Positions 28,387-39,900 of a stretch of DNA of 42,313 nt are shown here, piece by piece. This DNA comes from an uncultured Lentisphaerales bacterium (lineage in GTDB: Bacteria; Verrucomicrobiota; Lentisphaeria; JABSQK01; UBA12247). Below the pieces are notes generated by a model, which was not told the origin of the DNA, ran no database searches, and saw nothing but the letters and a program-made list of their open reading frames with translations. The position numbers and the translations under genes are program-made. Each line of letters begins with the position of its first letter. Positions within the stretch are counted from its first letter, which is position 1. The DNA lies in assembly GCA_943788985.1 (NCBI GenBank), contig CALSSJ010000006.1, positions 1-42,313 on the forward strand, written 5' to 3'.

Positions 28387-29187
28387 ATGGCTTATCGATT
28401 TTTCCTTCTTCTTGTGCTAGCTAGCTGGGCCTGCGCACAGAGCAGTGACAAGAAGTACCGTGAGGTCACGCTTCAGGCCTTGCAAGGTGTTTGGGCGCTG
28501 GATGAGCAAAAGCCTAGCGAAGGGGAAATCATGGTGGCGATGTGGCGCAAGCACGGCGCACCAGAGACCCAGGTCAAGGAACTGGAGGCGAGAATCGCAA
28601 ATGGTGACATGCCAAAGCGAACGGTCACGCTGACATTCCGCGGCAACATTATGACGGTCGCAGGCATGTCGAGTGCGCACAGCGGCAGTCAGGCCTCCTC
28701 TAGCCGCTTTAACTTGGCAGAGGACCGCATGGAGTTCGACGCGCCGAACCAGCCAGGTGCCAAACTGAAGCTGGGCCGGACGACCTTGCTCTATGTGGCA
28801 GACGCCGTGCCGAAGATGGGGCTCCCAGCTGTACGATATTTATACAGGCGAGTCGAGAAGGGGCGGGATGCGGCCTCACTTGGCGATCGCGAGGCATTCG
28901 TCACAGGAAGAATTAAACAACTAGCCCAGCTGGCTTTTCCAGAGCACCAAAACGTGACCTGGCAGGTGATGGATATGCGCCACCGTGGCCCAATCTCCGA
29001 CATTGTCGTAGTGCCGCAGCCAAATACGCCCGGCTTCCCACAGATGCTTTTTCTGCTGTCATTCGAGTCTGGCTGGCCGGAGCAGATTGATGCAATCTAT
29101 GGCTATCAAGGCAATAAGTTCGTGCTGATCAGTTCGGGCGCGGGAATCCAGGATGGCCAGTACCCGGCAATCCTTTCACCAGAATGA
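28387..29187 (+). CDS. Hypothetical secreted protein
   Basis: Signal peptide MAYRFFLLLVLASWACA; LQGVW beta-rich N-domain. Confidence 0.75.
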   Translation: MAYRFFLLLVLASWACAQSSDKKYREVTLQALQGVWALDEQKPSEGEIMVAMWRKHGAPETQVKELEARIANGDMPKRTVTLTFRGNIMTVAGMSSAHSGSQASSSRFNLAEDRMEFDAPNQPGAKLKLGRTTLLYVADAVPKMGLPAVRYLYRRVEKGRDAASLGDREAFVTGRIKQLAQLAFPEHQNVTWQVMDMRHRGPISDIVVVPQPNTPGFPQMLFLLSFESGWPEQIDAIYGYQGNKFVLISSGAGIQDGQYPAILSPE

Positions 29188-29296
29188 GCTTCCGGGGGAC
29201 CTTGACCACCGGGGACCTCGCGATATCGTTTCCTACATAACGGGCAAACCAAGAAGCGCGTCCGTTTTTCAATTTTAAATCTTCAGTGGAATCGCC

Positions 29297-29986
29297 ATGT
29301 GTAAAGCTGCCGGCCTCTTTTGTTTCATCCTGCTTACCGTTGGGTGCACGTCTACCAAAGTGAACACCGCCTCCAGACTGGATGCCAGCGAAGGTATGTC
29401 ACAGGAGGACCTGGAATACCAACTGTACAAAGCGCGCGACCGCGAGTTAGAATTGCAACTGCAGTATCAGTCGGCGCTGGCTGTGGCCCAGAACTCAGTG
29501 GATGCCTTGACCGAGGCTAAGAACGATGACGAACACCGCCTGGCCCTTGCCAACATGCGGGCGCTCGAGAACGAAGTCGCAGAAGCAAGCATTGCCCTCG
29601 GTCAGACACGCGATCAGATCAGCCTGCTCGGCGGCAAGATTTCGCAGGTGAAGCATCGCCAAGGTGGTCCGCGCGCTGTCAATGGCGTCTTTGTGGTGGA
29701 TATGCGCGGGGCAGAAGACGCATCAGTGAGTGGGGAGATAGCTGAGGCAGGTGCACCTGCCATGCCCGCTGCCGAGAAACCAAAACGTGCGGAGACCGTT
29801 AACCCGCCAGTATTAGATCCAGCTTCCGCCCCAGTATTGGCTGACAGTCAGCGTGCCGCGCAAGAAGCACCTGCACTAAAGCAGGAAGGCTTTTCGGCTT
29901 CGGAGAGCAAGGAGCAAACAGCGCCGGCCAAGCAGAAGCCAGCGAGGCAGGAAAACCGCATGTGGTGGCAGCGCCGCGGGTTCTGA
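29297..29986 (+). CDS. Hypothetical lipoprotein with coiled coil and Ala/Pro-rich tail
   Basis: Lipobox LTVGC; upstream TTGACC-16-TATCGT at 29202-29229. Confidence 0.78.
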   Translation: MCKAAGLFCFILLTVGCTSTKVNTASRLDASEGMSQEDLEYQLYKARDRELELQLQYQSALAVAQNSVDALTEAKNDDEHRLALANMRALENEVAEASIALGQTRDQISLLGGKISQVKHRQGGPRAVNGVFVVDMRGAEDASVSGEIAEAGAPAMPAAEKPKRAETVNPPVLDPASAPVLADSQRAAQEAPALKQEGFSASESKEQTAPAKQKPARQENRMWWQRRGF

Positions 29987-30010
29987 CCCACGAACACGAT
30001 CGGCCAAAAG

Positions 30011-31510
30011 TCAGCGGGAAACCCAGCCAAGTTCTGACAGCCAGCTACCCTTCTCAAGTTCGGTCTCTTCGACCCGGCCGTCCAGAAACAGGACGGTAAA
30101 GCGCTTGTTTTTCTCACTTGGTGGCTCATAGGCAATCACGCGCACTTGGGCATCCTCGTCATGTAGCACGATCCCGCTGCCGACAAAGGCATAGGGGCGA
30201 TCGGTTTGCGGACTCCGCACCATGGTTTCGTCGTCGATATATCCCTCATTCTGCAGGGATTCGAAGCTGAGCGGCAGGCGATCGTCGTGCTCGATTGCAT
30301 AGAGAAAAAGCTGAGCTCCGAGTTTTCGCAGGCTGCGAATCACGGAGTCATCCGCCGCCGCCTGCTGCGCGGCTCGCTCGCGGGCTTCTGCCGCGCGGCC
30401 TATCTGTTGGGCGATCAGCCCAATCACGGTCTGCTTGGTGCCACGAGAGAAGCGGGTCTTCATCACCCCATTCCCACTCGTGTAACGACAGGTGACAAGT
30501 AACTGCTCATCCCCTCGCCAGCTCTCCCAGTCGGTCGGCTCCGGACTCTCCACAAACTGTGCGTACGCGTCACGCAGCTTCACAATCTGAGCGCTCAGTT
30601 GCTGTGCTAGATATGCGAAGAGGAGCCCGTCATCAGTGATGGCCTTGGCCAACTCCGGCGGGCCACCCGGCTCAGAGATAGCCTCGGTGACGATGGCCTG
30701 GGTGGTGCCAATCAACAGGACCCCGTGCTTATAGGCGATTGTCGGGCGAAACGGAATGGGAAGGGGGAGCGGTATGGTGATTGATTGGACCGAGAAGTCC
30801 TCAATCTGGCCGGACTGCGCACCAAACTTTAGCGCCCGCTCTTCTAAGGCTTGAAACAACCGATCATCGGTGCAGGCGACGACTAGGAGAAATTCGGTGG
30901 ATGGCACGCTCACGAAGCGCTCTGGCTTTCCCCACTTCTTGGCTGCATCCGGATCGACAGTTGCGAACATCGCAACGCCCTCGACGGATTTCAACAGGGC
31001 TTCCACGTCAAACTCGTGCACGGCAGCGGTCGCTTGCCATTTTTTGATGGCGTCCGCGTTGAGGAACGGCAATGGATGCTCATTCAGCCGCTGCAATCGG
31101 CCCCATAGCTGCTCGCCGTCCAAGGTTTCGCCCACCGCGCACAAGGCGTTTTCTGGGGCGTAGCGAACCAAATCCTGGATTCGGCCAGTGGTATCAAGGC
31201 GACATCCAGTCAGGACTGCCCGGACATGCTGCAGCCCATCGTCTGCTTCCTTGATGCTTACGCCCATTCCCGAGACCTCGAGGTCCCGGGCTATCTTGGT
31301 CCAGATCTCTAGCTGCTCAGAGGAATCTGTGCCCAGAAAAATGCGCAGCACCTTGACCAGATCAGTGCTGAACATAACCAGATCTGCCTCAGCATCGAGG
31401 AATTGCAGCGGTGAGGCGGGGGCTGCTTGGTTCTGCGCGTGAAGCGGAAACAAAAACAGCACCGAGACCACGACGGCTGCGTGAAGAGACTTGAACGGTA
31501 TTGCGGTCAT
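30011..31510 (-). CDS. Secreted protein with C-terminal DUF1559/pilin-globular-like domain
   Basis: Sec signal (…PLHA); C-terminus SLRKLGAQLFLYAIEHDDRLP...VLFLDGRVE. Confidence 0.75.
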   Translation of the reverse strand: MTAIPFKSLHAAVVVSVLFLFPLHAQNQAAPASPLQFLDAEADLVMFSTDLVKVLRIFLGTDSSEQLEIWTKIARDLEVSGMGVSIKEADDGLQHVRAVLTGCRLDTTGRIQDLVRYAPENALCAVGETLDGEQLWGRLQRLNEHPLPFLNADAIKKWQATAAVHEFDVEALLKSVEGVAMFATVDPDAAKKWGKPERFVSVPSTEFLLVVACTDDRLFQALEERALKFGAQSGQIEDFSVQSITIPLPLPIPFRPTIAYKHGVLLIGTTQAIVTEAISEPGGPPELAKAITDDGLLFAYLAQQLSAQIVKLRDAYAQFVESPEPTDWESWRGDEQLLVTCRYTSGNGVMKTRFSRGTKQTVIGLIAQQIGRAAEARERAAQQAAADDSVIRSLRKLGAQLFLYAIEHDDRLPLSFESLQNEGYIDDETMVRSPQTDRPYAFVGSGIVLHDEDAQVRVIAYEPPSEKNKRFTVLFLDGRVEETELEKGSWLSELGWVSR

Positions 31511-31558
31511 GCACGGACAGTATCCCGTTCCGTGATCTCAGAAAATCAATCGACCGAC

Positions 31559-31603
31559 TTGATAAACATTTAAAGAAACCTTATGATAGTATTTGAAACC
31601 TTA
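31559..31603 (+). promoter_or_regulatory. Sigma70 promoter of lnt overlapped by GAAACCTTA direct repeats
   Basis: TTGATA(31559)-17 nt-TATGAT(31582); GAAACCTTA at 31575 and 31595; AT-rich island. Confidence 0.7.
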
Positions 31604-31610
31604 GGAAACC

Positions 31611-32978
31611 ATGAGGGCAGTTATGAACAACGATTCACTCTCACTCAAAGCCGTGACTTTGATCGTTTTGGTCGGGGCAGTAGCCTTCATGATCTCGCAT
31701 CTCAGTCCGTGGCTTGCGCCGTTGTCTCTGATCTACCTCTGGTCCGCGGGAAAGCTTAGCTTGTGCAGCCGACCGCGCGTGGCGCTGCGCGCTGGCTTTG
31801 TCCTCGGGATGTTGGTGTATGCCGTCCACCTTAGGTTCTTTTGGGGAATCTTTGGCGCTGGTGCAATCGCGCTTTGGGGGATCATCAGCGCTTGGCTGGG
31901 GCTGTTTGCCGCGGCGGCCTGCCTCGCGCGGGTCTCGCTGCCACGCACTGCCTTTCACCTCTCACTGCCGATCCTGTGGCTGGCCTGCGAGTACACGCGT
32001 TCAGAGCTGTATTATCTGCGTTTCTCTTGGGGGGCACCATCCTACAGCTGGCATGCCTACCCAGGCGTAGCTGGCTGGATCGGGATGTATGGACTTTCCG
32101 CATTAGTTCTGGTGCTGCTCGCCCTGCCCCGCACATGCGGTGCAAAAGGGAGATGGGCGTTGCTCTTTCTGATCTGTGGGACGATCAACGTGGCCGCATC
32201 AAACCCGTATGTCGCTGGCGTACAAATAGAGTTTGAAGAAGAGCCCACGATTCTCGCAGCCTTGGATCGGCTGTATGAGGAGCATCCGGCGGTGGATATC
32301 GCGGTTCTGCCGGAGTACACCCTGCAAGGCGAGGTTCCAGACAGCATCCTGGATTGGTGTCGGGAGCACGGCGTCTACTTGGTGGTCGGCGGAATGGTCA
32401 AGCTAGAAGACGGCTACAACAACACGGCCTTTGTGGTTTCACCAGAGGGAGCGGTGGTCCACAGCCAGGGAAAATCCGTGCCTATTCAGTTCTTCAATGA
32501 CGGTTTCCCGGCCAAGACGCAGCAAGTTTGGAACTCGCCCTGGGGCGCGATCGGCATCTGCATCTGCTACGACATGAGCTACACGCGGGTGACGGATGAA
32601 TTGATCCGCCAAGGCGCACAAGCCTTGATCGTGCCGACCATGGATGTAAAGGAGTGGGGGGAATACGAGCATCGCCTGCATGGCAAGGTCGCGCCGATTC
32701 GCGCAGCCGAGTATCGCGTTCCTATCATGCGCGTCTGTAGTTCGGGAATCTCACAACTGATCACGGCTGACGGAAAGGTGGTCGCCACGGCCAGCTTTCC
32801 GGGCCGCCTAGAGACACTCGGTGGGCAGCTAGAGATGTCTGACAACCCGCGGCTCCCTCTGGACCGTTACCTCGCCATCCCCTGCCTGGTATTCGGGGTA
32901 CTCATCATCCTGGCTTGCTACCTGCGTCGTGTGCGACCCCAGCTACTGGCAGAATCGAATGATTCGCAGCAAAGCTGA
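31611..32978 (+). CDS. lnt: Apolipoprotein N-acyltransferase-like (TM helices + CN-hydrolase domain)
   Basis: Multiple TMs, WLACEYTRS...FSWG, catalytic triad LPE / K(SVP) / ICYD, RAAEYRVPIMR..SSGIS. Confidence 0.82.
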   Translation: MRAVMNNDSLSLKAVTLIVLVGAVAFMISHLSPWLAPLSLIYLWSAGKLSLCSRPRVALRAGFVLGMLVYAVHLRFFWGIFGAGAIALWGIISAWLGLFAAAACLARVSLPRTAFHLSLPILWLACEYTRSELYYLRFSWGAPSYSWHAYPGVAGWIGMYGLSALVLVLLALPRTCGAKGRWALLFLICGTINVAASNPYVAGVQIEFEEEPTILAALDRLYEEHPAVDIAVLPEYTLQGEVPDSILDWCREHGVYLVVGGMVKLEDGYNNTAFVVSPEGAVVHSQGKSVPIQFFNDGFPAKTQQVWNSPWGAIGICICYDMSYTRVTDELIRQGAQALIVPTMDVKEWGEYEHRLHGKVAPIRAAEYRVPIMRVCSSGISQLITADGKVVATASFPGRLETLGGQLEMSDNPRLPLDRYLAIPCLVFGVLIILACYLRRVRPQLLAESNDSQQS

Positions 32979-33092
32979 AGTCAGTCCAAGATTCGTTGCA
33001 GGGGAATCAGCTGACGCGGCGGGGCGAAGAGCTTTTGCTGGCTTGACGAGTAAAGAAAACCGAGTAGCCTAGTCTTCTTGGCCGCTGAACAA

Positions 33093-33118
33093 AGGCACGC
33101 CATAGGCACGCCATAGGC
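33093..33118 (+). repeat. 11-bp tandem direct repeat AGGCACGCCAT (~2.4 copies)
   Basis: AGGCACGCCAT-AGGCACGCCAT-AGGC upstream of the protease operon. Confidence 0.65.
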
Positions 33119-33140
33119 GCGGCTTGAAAGGATAAAGAGT

Positions 33141-33923
33141 GTGCATGATTCGGGGAAGGACATGGTCTGGATGATTGCTCTATTCATGATGACTCTGACG
33201 GCCCGCGCCAATGTTGGTGGACAGGCTACCGGGGTTTACCTGTCTCCAGAGCAGGTCGCATCCCTGTCACAGGGGATTGCTACCGTGAAGATCGAGCGCG
33301 TGATTCCGGTGCTACTGAATGGCCATGTCTGGACGGAAGCACACTGCGCAGTCAATGAGACCTGGAAAGGTGAGCCAGCGGCGAATGTGATCGTGCGTCA
33401 GGCAGGCGGAACTCTGGGGGAGCTTCGCACACAATCGGGGCCGCGACCAGATTTTATGCCAGGAGAAGAGTGGCTGTTGGCAATGGTGCCATCCCCAGCC
33501 GGTGACTGGACATTGCTTGGTTTGGTGCACGGGGCTTGGAGACTCTCGGGAAACGAGGCAACCCGCGACTACGCAGGTGTGATCTTTGCGGCCCCGCCCC
33601 CGGCTGATATTGCGGAGGGCCGCTATGAGCACACCCCACTGACAGAGTTGCGCACGCGAATGAGCCCGCCCGATTTCGCTGCGATGGACACTCACGGGCA
33701 GCCTCGTGCTCCCAGCCAAGGAGACGAGGCCCCGAGGGAGGGGCTGCTCATGCACATAGCGCCCCCAACAGGCTCTGGGACGGAGGCGGTAGGAGGCGAG
33801 CAAGCCGCCTTGCTTCCACAGCGATCGACAACGCAGCCGGTTGCCGTTCGGCTCTTGCTGCTGGGACTCTTTTTAGTCCTGCTCTTTCTTATTGTCATCG
33901 GCTGTCGGCGGTCCTGTCGATGA
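33141..33923 (+). CDS. Secreted beta-rich protein with C-terminal TM anchor, coupled to the metalloprotease gene
   Basis: Signal peptide; VNETWKG...VRQAGGTLG...P.F.PGEEWLL; low-complexity linker; C-terminal hydrophobic helix + RRSCR; ATGA overlap. Start may be 33162. Confidence 0.78.
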   Translation: MHDSGKDMVWMIALFMMTLTARANVGGQATGVYLSPEQVASLSQGIATVKIERVIPVLLNGHVWTEAHCAVNETWKGEPAANVIVRQAGGTLGELRTQSGPRPDFMPGEEWLLAMVPSPAGDWTLLGLVHGAWRLSGNEATRDYAGVIFAAPPPADIAEGRYEHTPLTELRTRMSPPDFAAMDTHGQPRAPSQGDEAPREGLLMHIAPPTGSGTEAVGGEQAALLPQRSTTQPVAVRLLLLGLFLVLLFLIVIGCRRSCR

Positions 33924-36900
33924 AACGCGCGCTGCCGCTTTTGGCGATGCTTCTCTTGTGCGGCCAGACCTTTGCCTATCTGCTGACGGGATGGACCCCA
34001 CAGAATCCAGGAGCCCCGATCTGGAATTATGACGCGCAGTCACCAGCGGGATTCTTCCACAACGGAAAGCTCATCTACCACATCATCACTTCCGGCACAC
34101 ACACAGTCAACAGCACAGATCGCATCCACAACATCCTGAATGCATTCCAAACCTGGGAGGATGTCCCCACCGCCATGGCTGCATTTACTCGCGGAAGCGA
34201 CGCGGTAGACGACAGCGACTTCTCAGTCGGCTACGCCACCGCCAGTCATACGACGCAGTGGGGAGGCAATCTGACGGGCTTCTCCGGACTCGCCACGGTG
34301 ACGTGGGACGGGAACAACCACATCACCAATGCGGACGTAGCCTTCGCTCTCCTTAATCCAGTGACGAACGCAGCTTGGGGCGAGGAACTCGAGGCCACAG
34401 CGATTCATGAGATCGGCCACGCCATCGGCATTTCACATAGCCCGGATGCCCAAGCTGCCATGGGCTACATCGGCCCAATTCCTGGCGAGAATGATCAATT
34501 GGTCAACCGTCGTCTCGCCAGCGATGATGTCATTGGGCTATCGTTCGCCTATCCGTATTCAGGCTACCTGAGCACCGTCGGCACAATCACGGGCACCATA
34601 AAGGATGATGGCGGGACCGATATTCACAAGGGCCAGATTGGCGTCTTTGACGGTGCCGGCATTCTGGTTGCGACCACCCTTTCACGCCTCGGCGTGTACA
34701 AGATTGAAGGACTGCCGGAGAACACGTATACCCTCCGGGCATACCCTTCACAGACATCATCCTCACTGATCCAACAAGCTGGCACATTGCCGTGGACCAC
34801 TGACGGCGCGGCCACCCAGTTTCTGCCCGGAGAGCCTCTGACTGTACAGGTCGATGCGAACACGGTGGTGCAGAACCTCACTGTCGTTTCGGGAACACCG
34901 ACTCTGGTCTCGAGCTTTGCCTATCGCGACATCGGAGGCGCCCTCACCGCCGGGCGCTTCGTGTTTACAATCGAGCAGGGTGCGACCGCGACCATCGGCA
35001 TCAGCGGGATGAATTTCCCGACGCAGCTCTCTGAGTTGGGCGATTTCATTTTGAGCGGCCCCGCGGATATCAGCTTGGTCGGGCCAAGCTTCCCACCCGC
35101 GTTCTCCAATACCACTGTCGCCTATGACGTGACGGTCGATCCTACCGCTGCGCTCGGCTCACGCGCGCTGCAGCTTATCACCGACGCTGGAGAAGAGACC
35201 ATGGTCTTTGGCTTTGTTGAGGTGACCAGCACCGGTTCTATCGCGGCGGCAGATGGGTTCGCACCACCACCGGGAGGAAACATCAATCCAAGCACCCGCA
35301 TGCCCATGCAGCAGTTTATGCTGACCGCCGCAGATGAACTGGTGCGGCTTCGTAAATTCACCATAACCAATAGTGGCACAGGAAGTCCAGCCAAAATCAC
35401 AGACGTGGAGATCTACTTGGACTTCAGTGGCGACGGCAACTTGGACGGAGATGATACGCTGGTCGGGGCTGGCAACTTCGAGGGAGGCTCTACCGCAGAA
35501 ATATTGGCCCATCACACGGTGCTGGCTGGAGCGTCCGATAGCCTACTGGTGGTCTATCATTTCGACGCCGCGGTGTCGACGGCCGAGACCTATCAGAGCC
35601 AAATAACCGCAGTCGCGGCAAACGGCGTGATCTCCGGCCGCGACATCACCCCGTCGGGCTTGCCAGTAAGCGGAAACGTCCATCAAGTGGACCTGAATAC
35701 GGATCACACGCTTTCCGTCTTCACGGTCGGCAATGGAAGCCTGTACGGCCCTGTCATCCAACTGGTTCCAGACGGAAACGGGATTTTTCCTCTCGCCGCG
35801 ATCCCCGATCAGAACCACTACTTCAGCGGCTGGACCGGTGACTACACTGGCTTCGAAGACTTTCTGGACATCCAGAATGTCACCAGCGATATCACTGTGA
35901 CTGCGAACTTCAGCTTTGGCATCGGTTCTTTTCCATACTACGAAGGCTTCGAAGACGGACTTGGGGTCTGGAGCAACGACGGTGGTGATGACTTCGACTG
36001 GACGCTTCATTCTGGCGCGACGCTTTCCGATCCGACCGGGCCCGATGGAGCGCAGGATGGCACCAACTACATCTACGTAGAGGCCAGTGATCCGAACAAC
36101 CCTGCAAAGACCGCCCTGCTCCTGGCTCCGTGCAGCTTTCGCACCGCCGTCGCTCCCAGCATGGCCTTCCAATACCACATGCATGGCATGCACACCGGCT
36201 CCCTATTCCTGGAAGTTTCGACCAACTTGGGCGAGACCTGGAACACGGTTTGGAGTTTGAGTGGCGATCAAGGGAACTCCTGGTTCAGCGGCTCAGCCTC
36301 GCTTACCGCCTATGCCGGGCTCGACAATGTTCTGCTACGGTTCCGCGGCGTGACAGGCAGCGATTTTCTCAGCGACATAGCCGTGGACAACATCAGCATC
36401 GAGGATTCCACCCAGCCCGCATTGCAGCTGACGGTCGCTACCCCCACGTTCTCAGAGAATGGCGGAAGCTCGTTGGCGACAGTCAGCCGCAATGGCGATA
36501 CCACAGCGGCTCTCGGAGTCAGCCTAAATTCCGGAGATACGTCTGAGGCGACCGTTCCGGCCAACGTTAGCATCCCCGCCGGACAGGCCAGCACCACGTT
36601 TATGGTCAGTGCCGTTGATGACACGATTCTGGATGGCCCCCAGACTGTCACAATCGCGGCTACAGCGGTGGCATATCTGGATGGACAACAGACCGTAGAG
36701 ATCACTGACTTTGAGACACTGAGCCTCACCATTAACGAAGACACTATTTCCGAAGAATGCGGTGTCGCTACGGCTACCGTGGAACGACATAACGCGGACA
36801 TCACGGCAGCGCTCACGGTCACGATTGAGACCAACGATGAGACAGAGGTTTCCATTCCAATCTCCGTAGATATTCCGGCAACCCAGGCAAGCACCACCTT

Positions 36901-39900
36901 CCCAGTGAGCGGAATCCCGGACGCGATCAGCGACGGAACACAGACCGTCACCATTACTGCGTCGCATTTCGACTACGCCGTCGCAGGTGTCGATACGGTA
37001 GACGTCATCGACACCGAGCCACCGTCCATCACCTGCCCAGCAAGCGTAACCATCAGCAACGACGCCGGAATCTGCGGTGCCATCTTCACTTACACGCCGC
37101 CGGTCGGCACCGACAACTGCCCCGGTGCCATCACCACCCAAATCGCCGGGCTTGGCTCAGGCGCGACCTTCGCACTCGGCACCACCACCGAGACCTATCG
37201 GGTCACCGACGCAGCCGGAACCATCACCAGCTGTAGCTTCACCATCACCGTCGTCGACACCGAAGCCCCGTCCATCACCTGTCCCGCCAGCGTAACCATC
37301 AACAACGACGCAGGCATCTGCGGCGCCATCTTCACCTACACGCCGCCAGTCGGCACCGACAACTGTCCAGGTGCCATCACCACCCAAATCGCCGGACTCG
37401 GCTCTGGCGCGACCTTCGCACTCGGCACCACCACCGAGACCTATCGGGTCACCGACGCAGCCGGGACCATCACCAGCTGCAGCTTCACCATCACCGTCGT
37501 CGACACCGAAGCCCCGTCCATCACCTGCCCAGCCAGCGTAACCATCAGCAACGACGCGGGCATCTGCGGTGCCATCTTCACCTACACGCCGCCAGTCGGC
37601 ACCGACAACTGCCCCGGTGCCACCACCACCCAAATCGCCGGGCTCGGCTCTGGCGCGACCTTCGCACTCGGCACCACCACCGAGACCTATCGGGTCACCG
37701 ACGCAGCCGGGACCATCGCCAGCTGCAGCTTCACCATCACCGTCGTCGACACCGAAGCCCCCGTCCATCACCTGCCCAGCCAGGCGTAACCATCAGCAAC
37801 GACGCGGGCATCTGCGGCGCCATCTTCACCTACACGCCGCCGGTCGGCACCGACAACTGCCCCGGTGCCATCACCACCCAAATCGCGGGACTTGGCTCAG
37901 GCGCGACCTTCCCCACCGGCGTCACTACCAATACCTACCGCGTCACCGATGGAGCCGGCAACACCGAAAGCTGCAGCTTTACCGTAACCGTGCTTGGCTG
38001 TCCTTCCGACATTCGCATCCTCATCGCCGAAGATGCCATCTCTGAATCGGGCGGCGTCGCCAGCGCGACCGTCAGCCGCGACAATGCGAGTGGCCCCGAT
38101 CTAGTCATCACCCTAACCAGCAGCAATCCCGCCGCGGCCACAGTCCCCGGCTCCATCACAATCCCCGCAGGCCAAGCAGCCATCGGCTTCTCCGTCACCG
38201 CCGTAAACGATGCCGTGGTTGATGGTACGCAGACTGTCGCGATCACCCCCATCACAGCGGTGTTTCCGGCATTCTGGACAGCCTTGACATCCTCGATGAC
38301 GCCGTGACCATCAGTGTACTTGCGGCGCCACCTGCAGGCGGGCTAGTCTCTGGAACCGGCACTATCGACCCCGATGCTGGCCCATTTGCGATCTCCGCAA
38401 ATCCGCACGCCAGCCACGTCTTCACGCACTGGACGACCACCCACGGCACCCTCGCTGGCAACACCATCGACACCCTCAGCGCCAACGCCATTATCACCGG
38501 CCATTTCAACGCCCGTCCCCTCGTCGCCGATGACAGCTTCACCACCCTCGAAGACACTCCGCTCATCGGCGACGTCACAGGAAACGACAGCGATCCCGAA
38601 GGCGACCCCACCACCTACCAGCTCGTCACTCGCAGCGGCGCGCTCACCCTCGCTCCAACCGGCACATTCACCTACATCCCAGCCCCAGACTTCAACGGTC
38701 CCGCCACCTTTACCTATCGCGCGAACGATGGTGCGGACTCCGCAACCAACGCCACCATCACCATCGACGTGCTCCCCGTAAACGACTGTCCAGACGCCGC
38801 CCCCCTCACGCTTGCCACCGCTGAAAACAGCGACCTTAGCGGCACCGTCATCGCAACCGATATCGACGGACCATTGCCGGCCACCCCCTTCTCCATCCAT
38901 ACTCACCCCACCCACGGCAGCCTCGCACTTACCCCCGACGGCTCCTTCTCCTACTCGCCCGGCGGGGCCTTCGACCACCTTCCAGTAGACGCCACAGCCA
39001 GCGACTCCTTCCTCTTCTCCGTCTCAGACGGTACCTGTGTCGACTCCGCCCTCGTCACCATCACCATCCACGGCCGCAACGACGCTCCGTCTGCCCCAGA
39101 CCAGACCATTCAGATTGTCACCGGACAACAGGCCAGCATCACGCTCACCGGCACAGATCCCGACAACGATGCGCTCTCCTTCACCATCGACAGCGTCACC
39201 GACGGCATCATCCGCAACTTCAGCCCCACCACCGGCGCAGTCCTCCTCGAGCCCACTGCCCCTACTGCCAGCCTCACCTTCCGTGCCCTTGATCCCTACG
39301 GCGGCGAAGCCACCGGAACCGTCACCATCACCCAAGACGGCTGGAGCCTCCCCATCGGTATCAGCAACGGTCCCATCTCCGAGCTTCAGATCGGCCAACA
39401 TCCCGACGCCGCCCTCAGCGTCCCGGCCAGTCTCACCGATCCGATCCACCTCCAAGTCAGCGGCCAGCCCTACCTCGCAGCCTTCCCTGCCGTTGCGGAC
39501 TCCGCAACCTGGGACCTGCACATCGATGCCACCGCCAACATCTTGGACATTATCCTGTTCTGGGACAGCGCCCGGGTCCCCACCGGCCTGATCATTGATG
39601 GCATCGGCGATATGCGCAGCCTGAACACCATCATCGCGCCAGCTGGCCAGGTCAGTACCTACACCATTCGCTACGGCGCGCTCGACTTCCCCATTCACCT
39701 AGTCCGCGGCTGGAACCTGATCGCCCTGCCCTTCATCCCTGACGATCCCGATCCCGGGCAACTCGGTGCCGAAGTCTTTCGCTGGGAAGACGGCTACCTG
39801 CCAGTCATCACCTTGGAGCCCGGCATCGGCTACTTCGTCCATGCCGCGAACCCGCGCAGCGTCATGTTTACGGGTTCTGCGCCGATCGACCTCCAGACCC

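Noticed and set aside
37010..37995. CRISPR array or DGR template/variable repeat pair
   Set aside because: The units are contiguous 246-bp coding repeats with no spacers. Differences are mainly synonymous rather than adenine-specific, and no cas or reverse transcriptase gene is present.
36310..39698. Long Gly/Asp/Val-rich antisense ORFs
   Set aside because: These are shadow frames of the C-rich coding strand.
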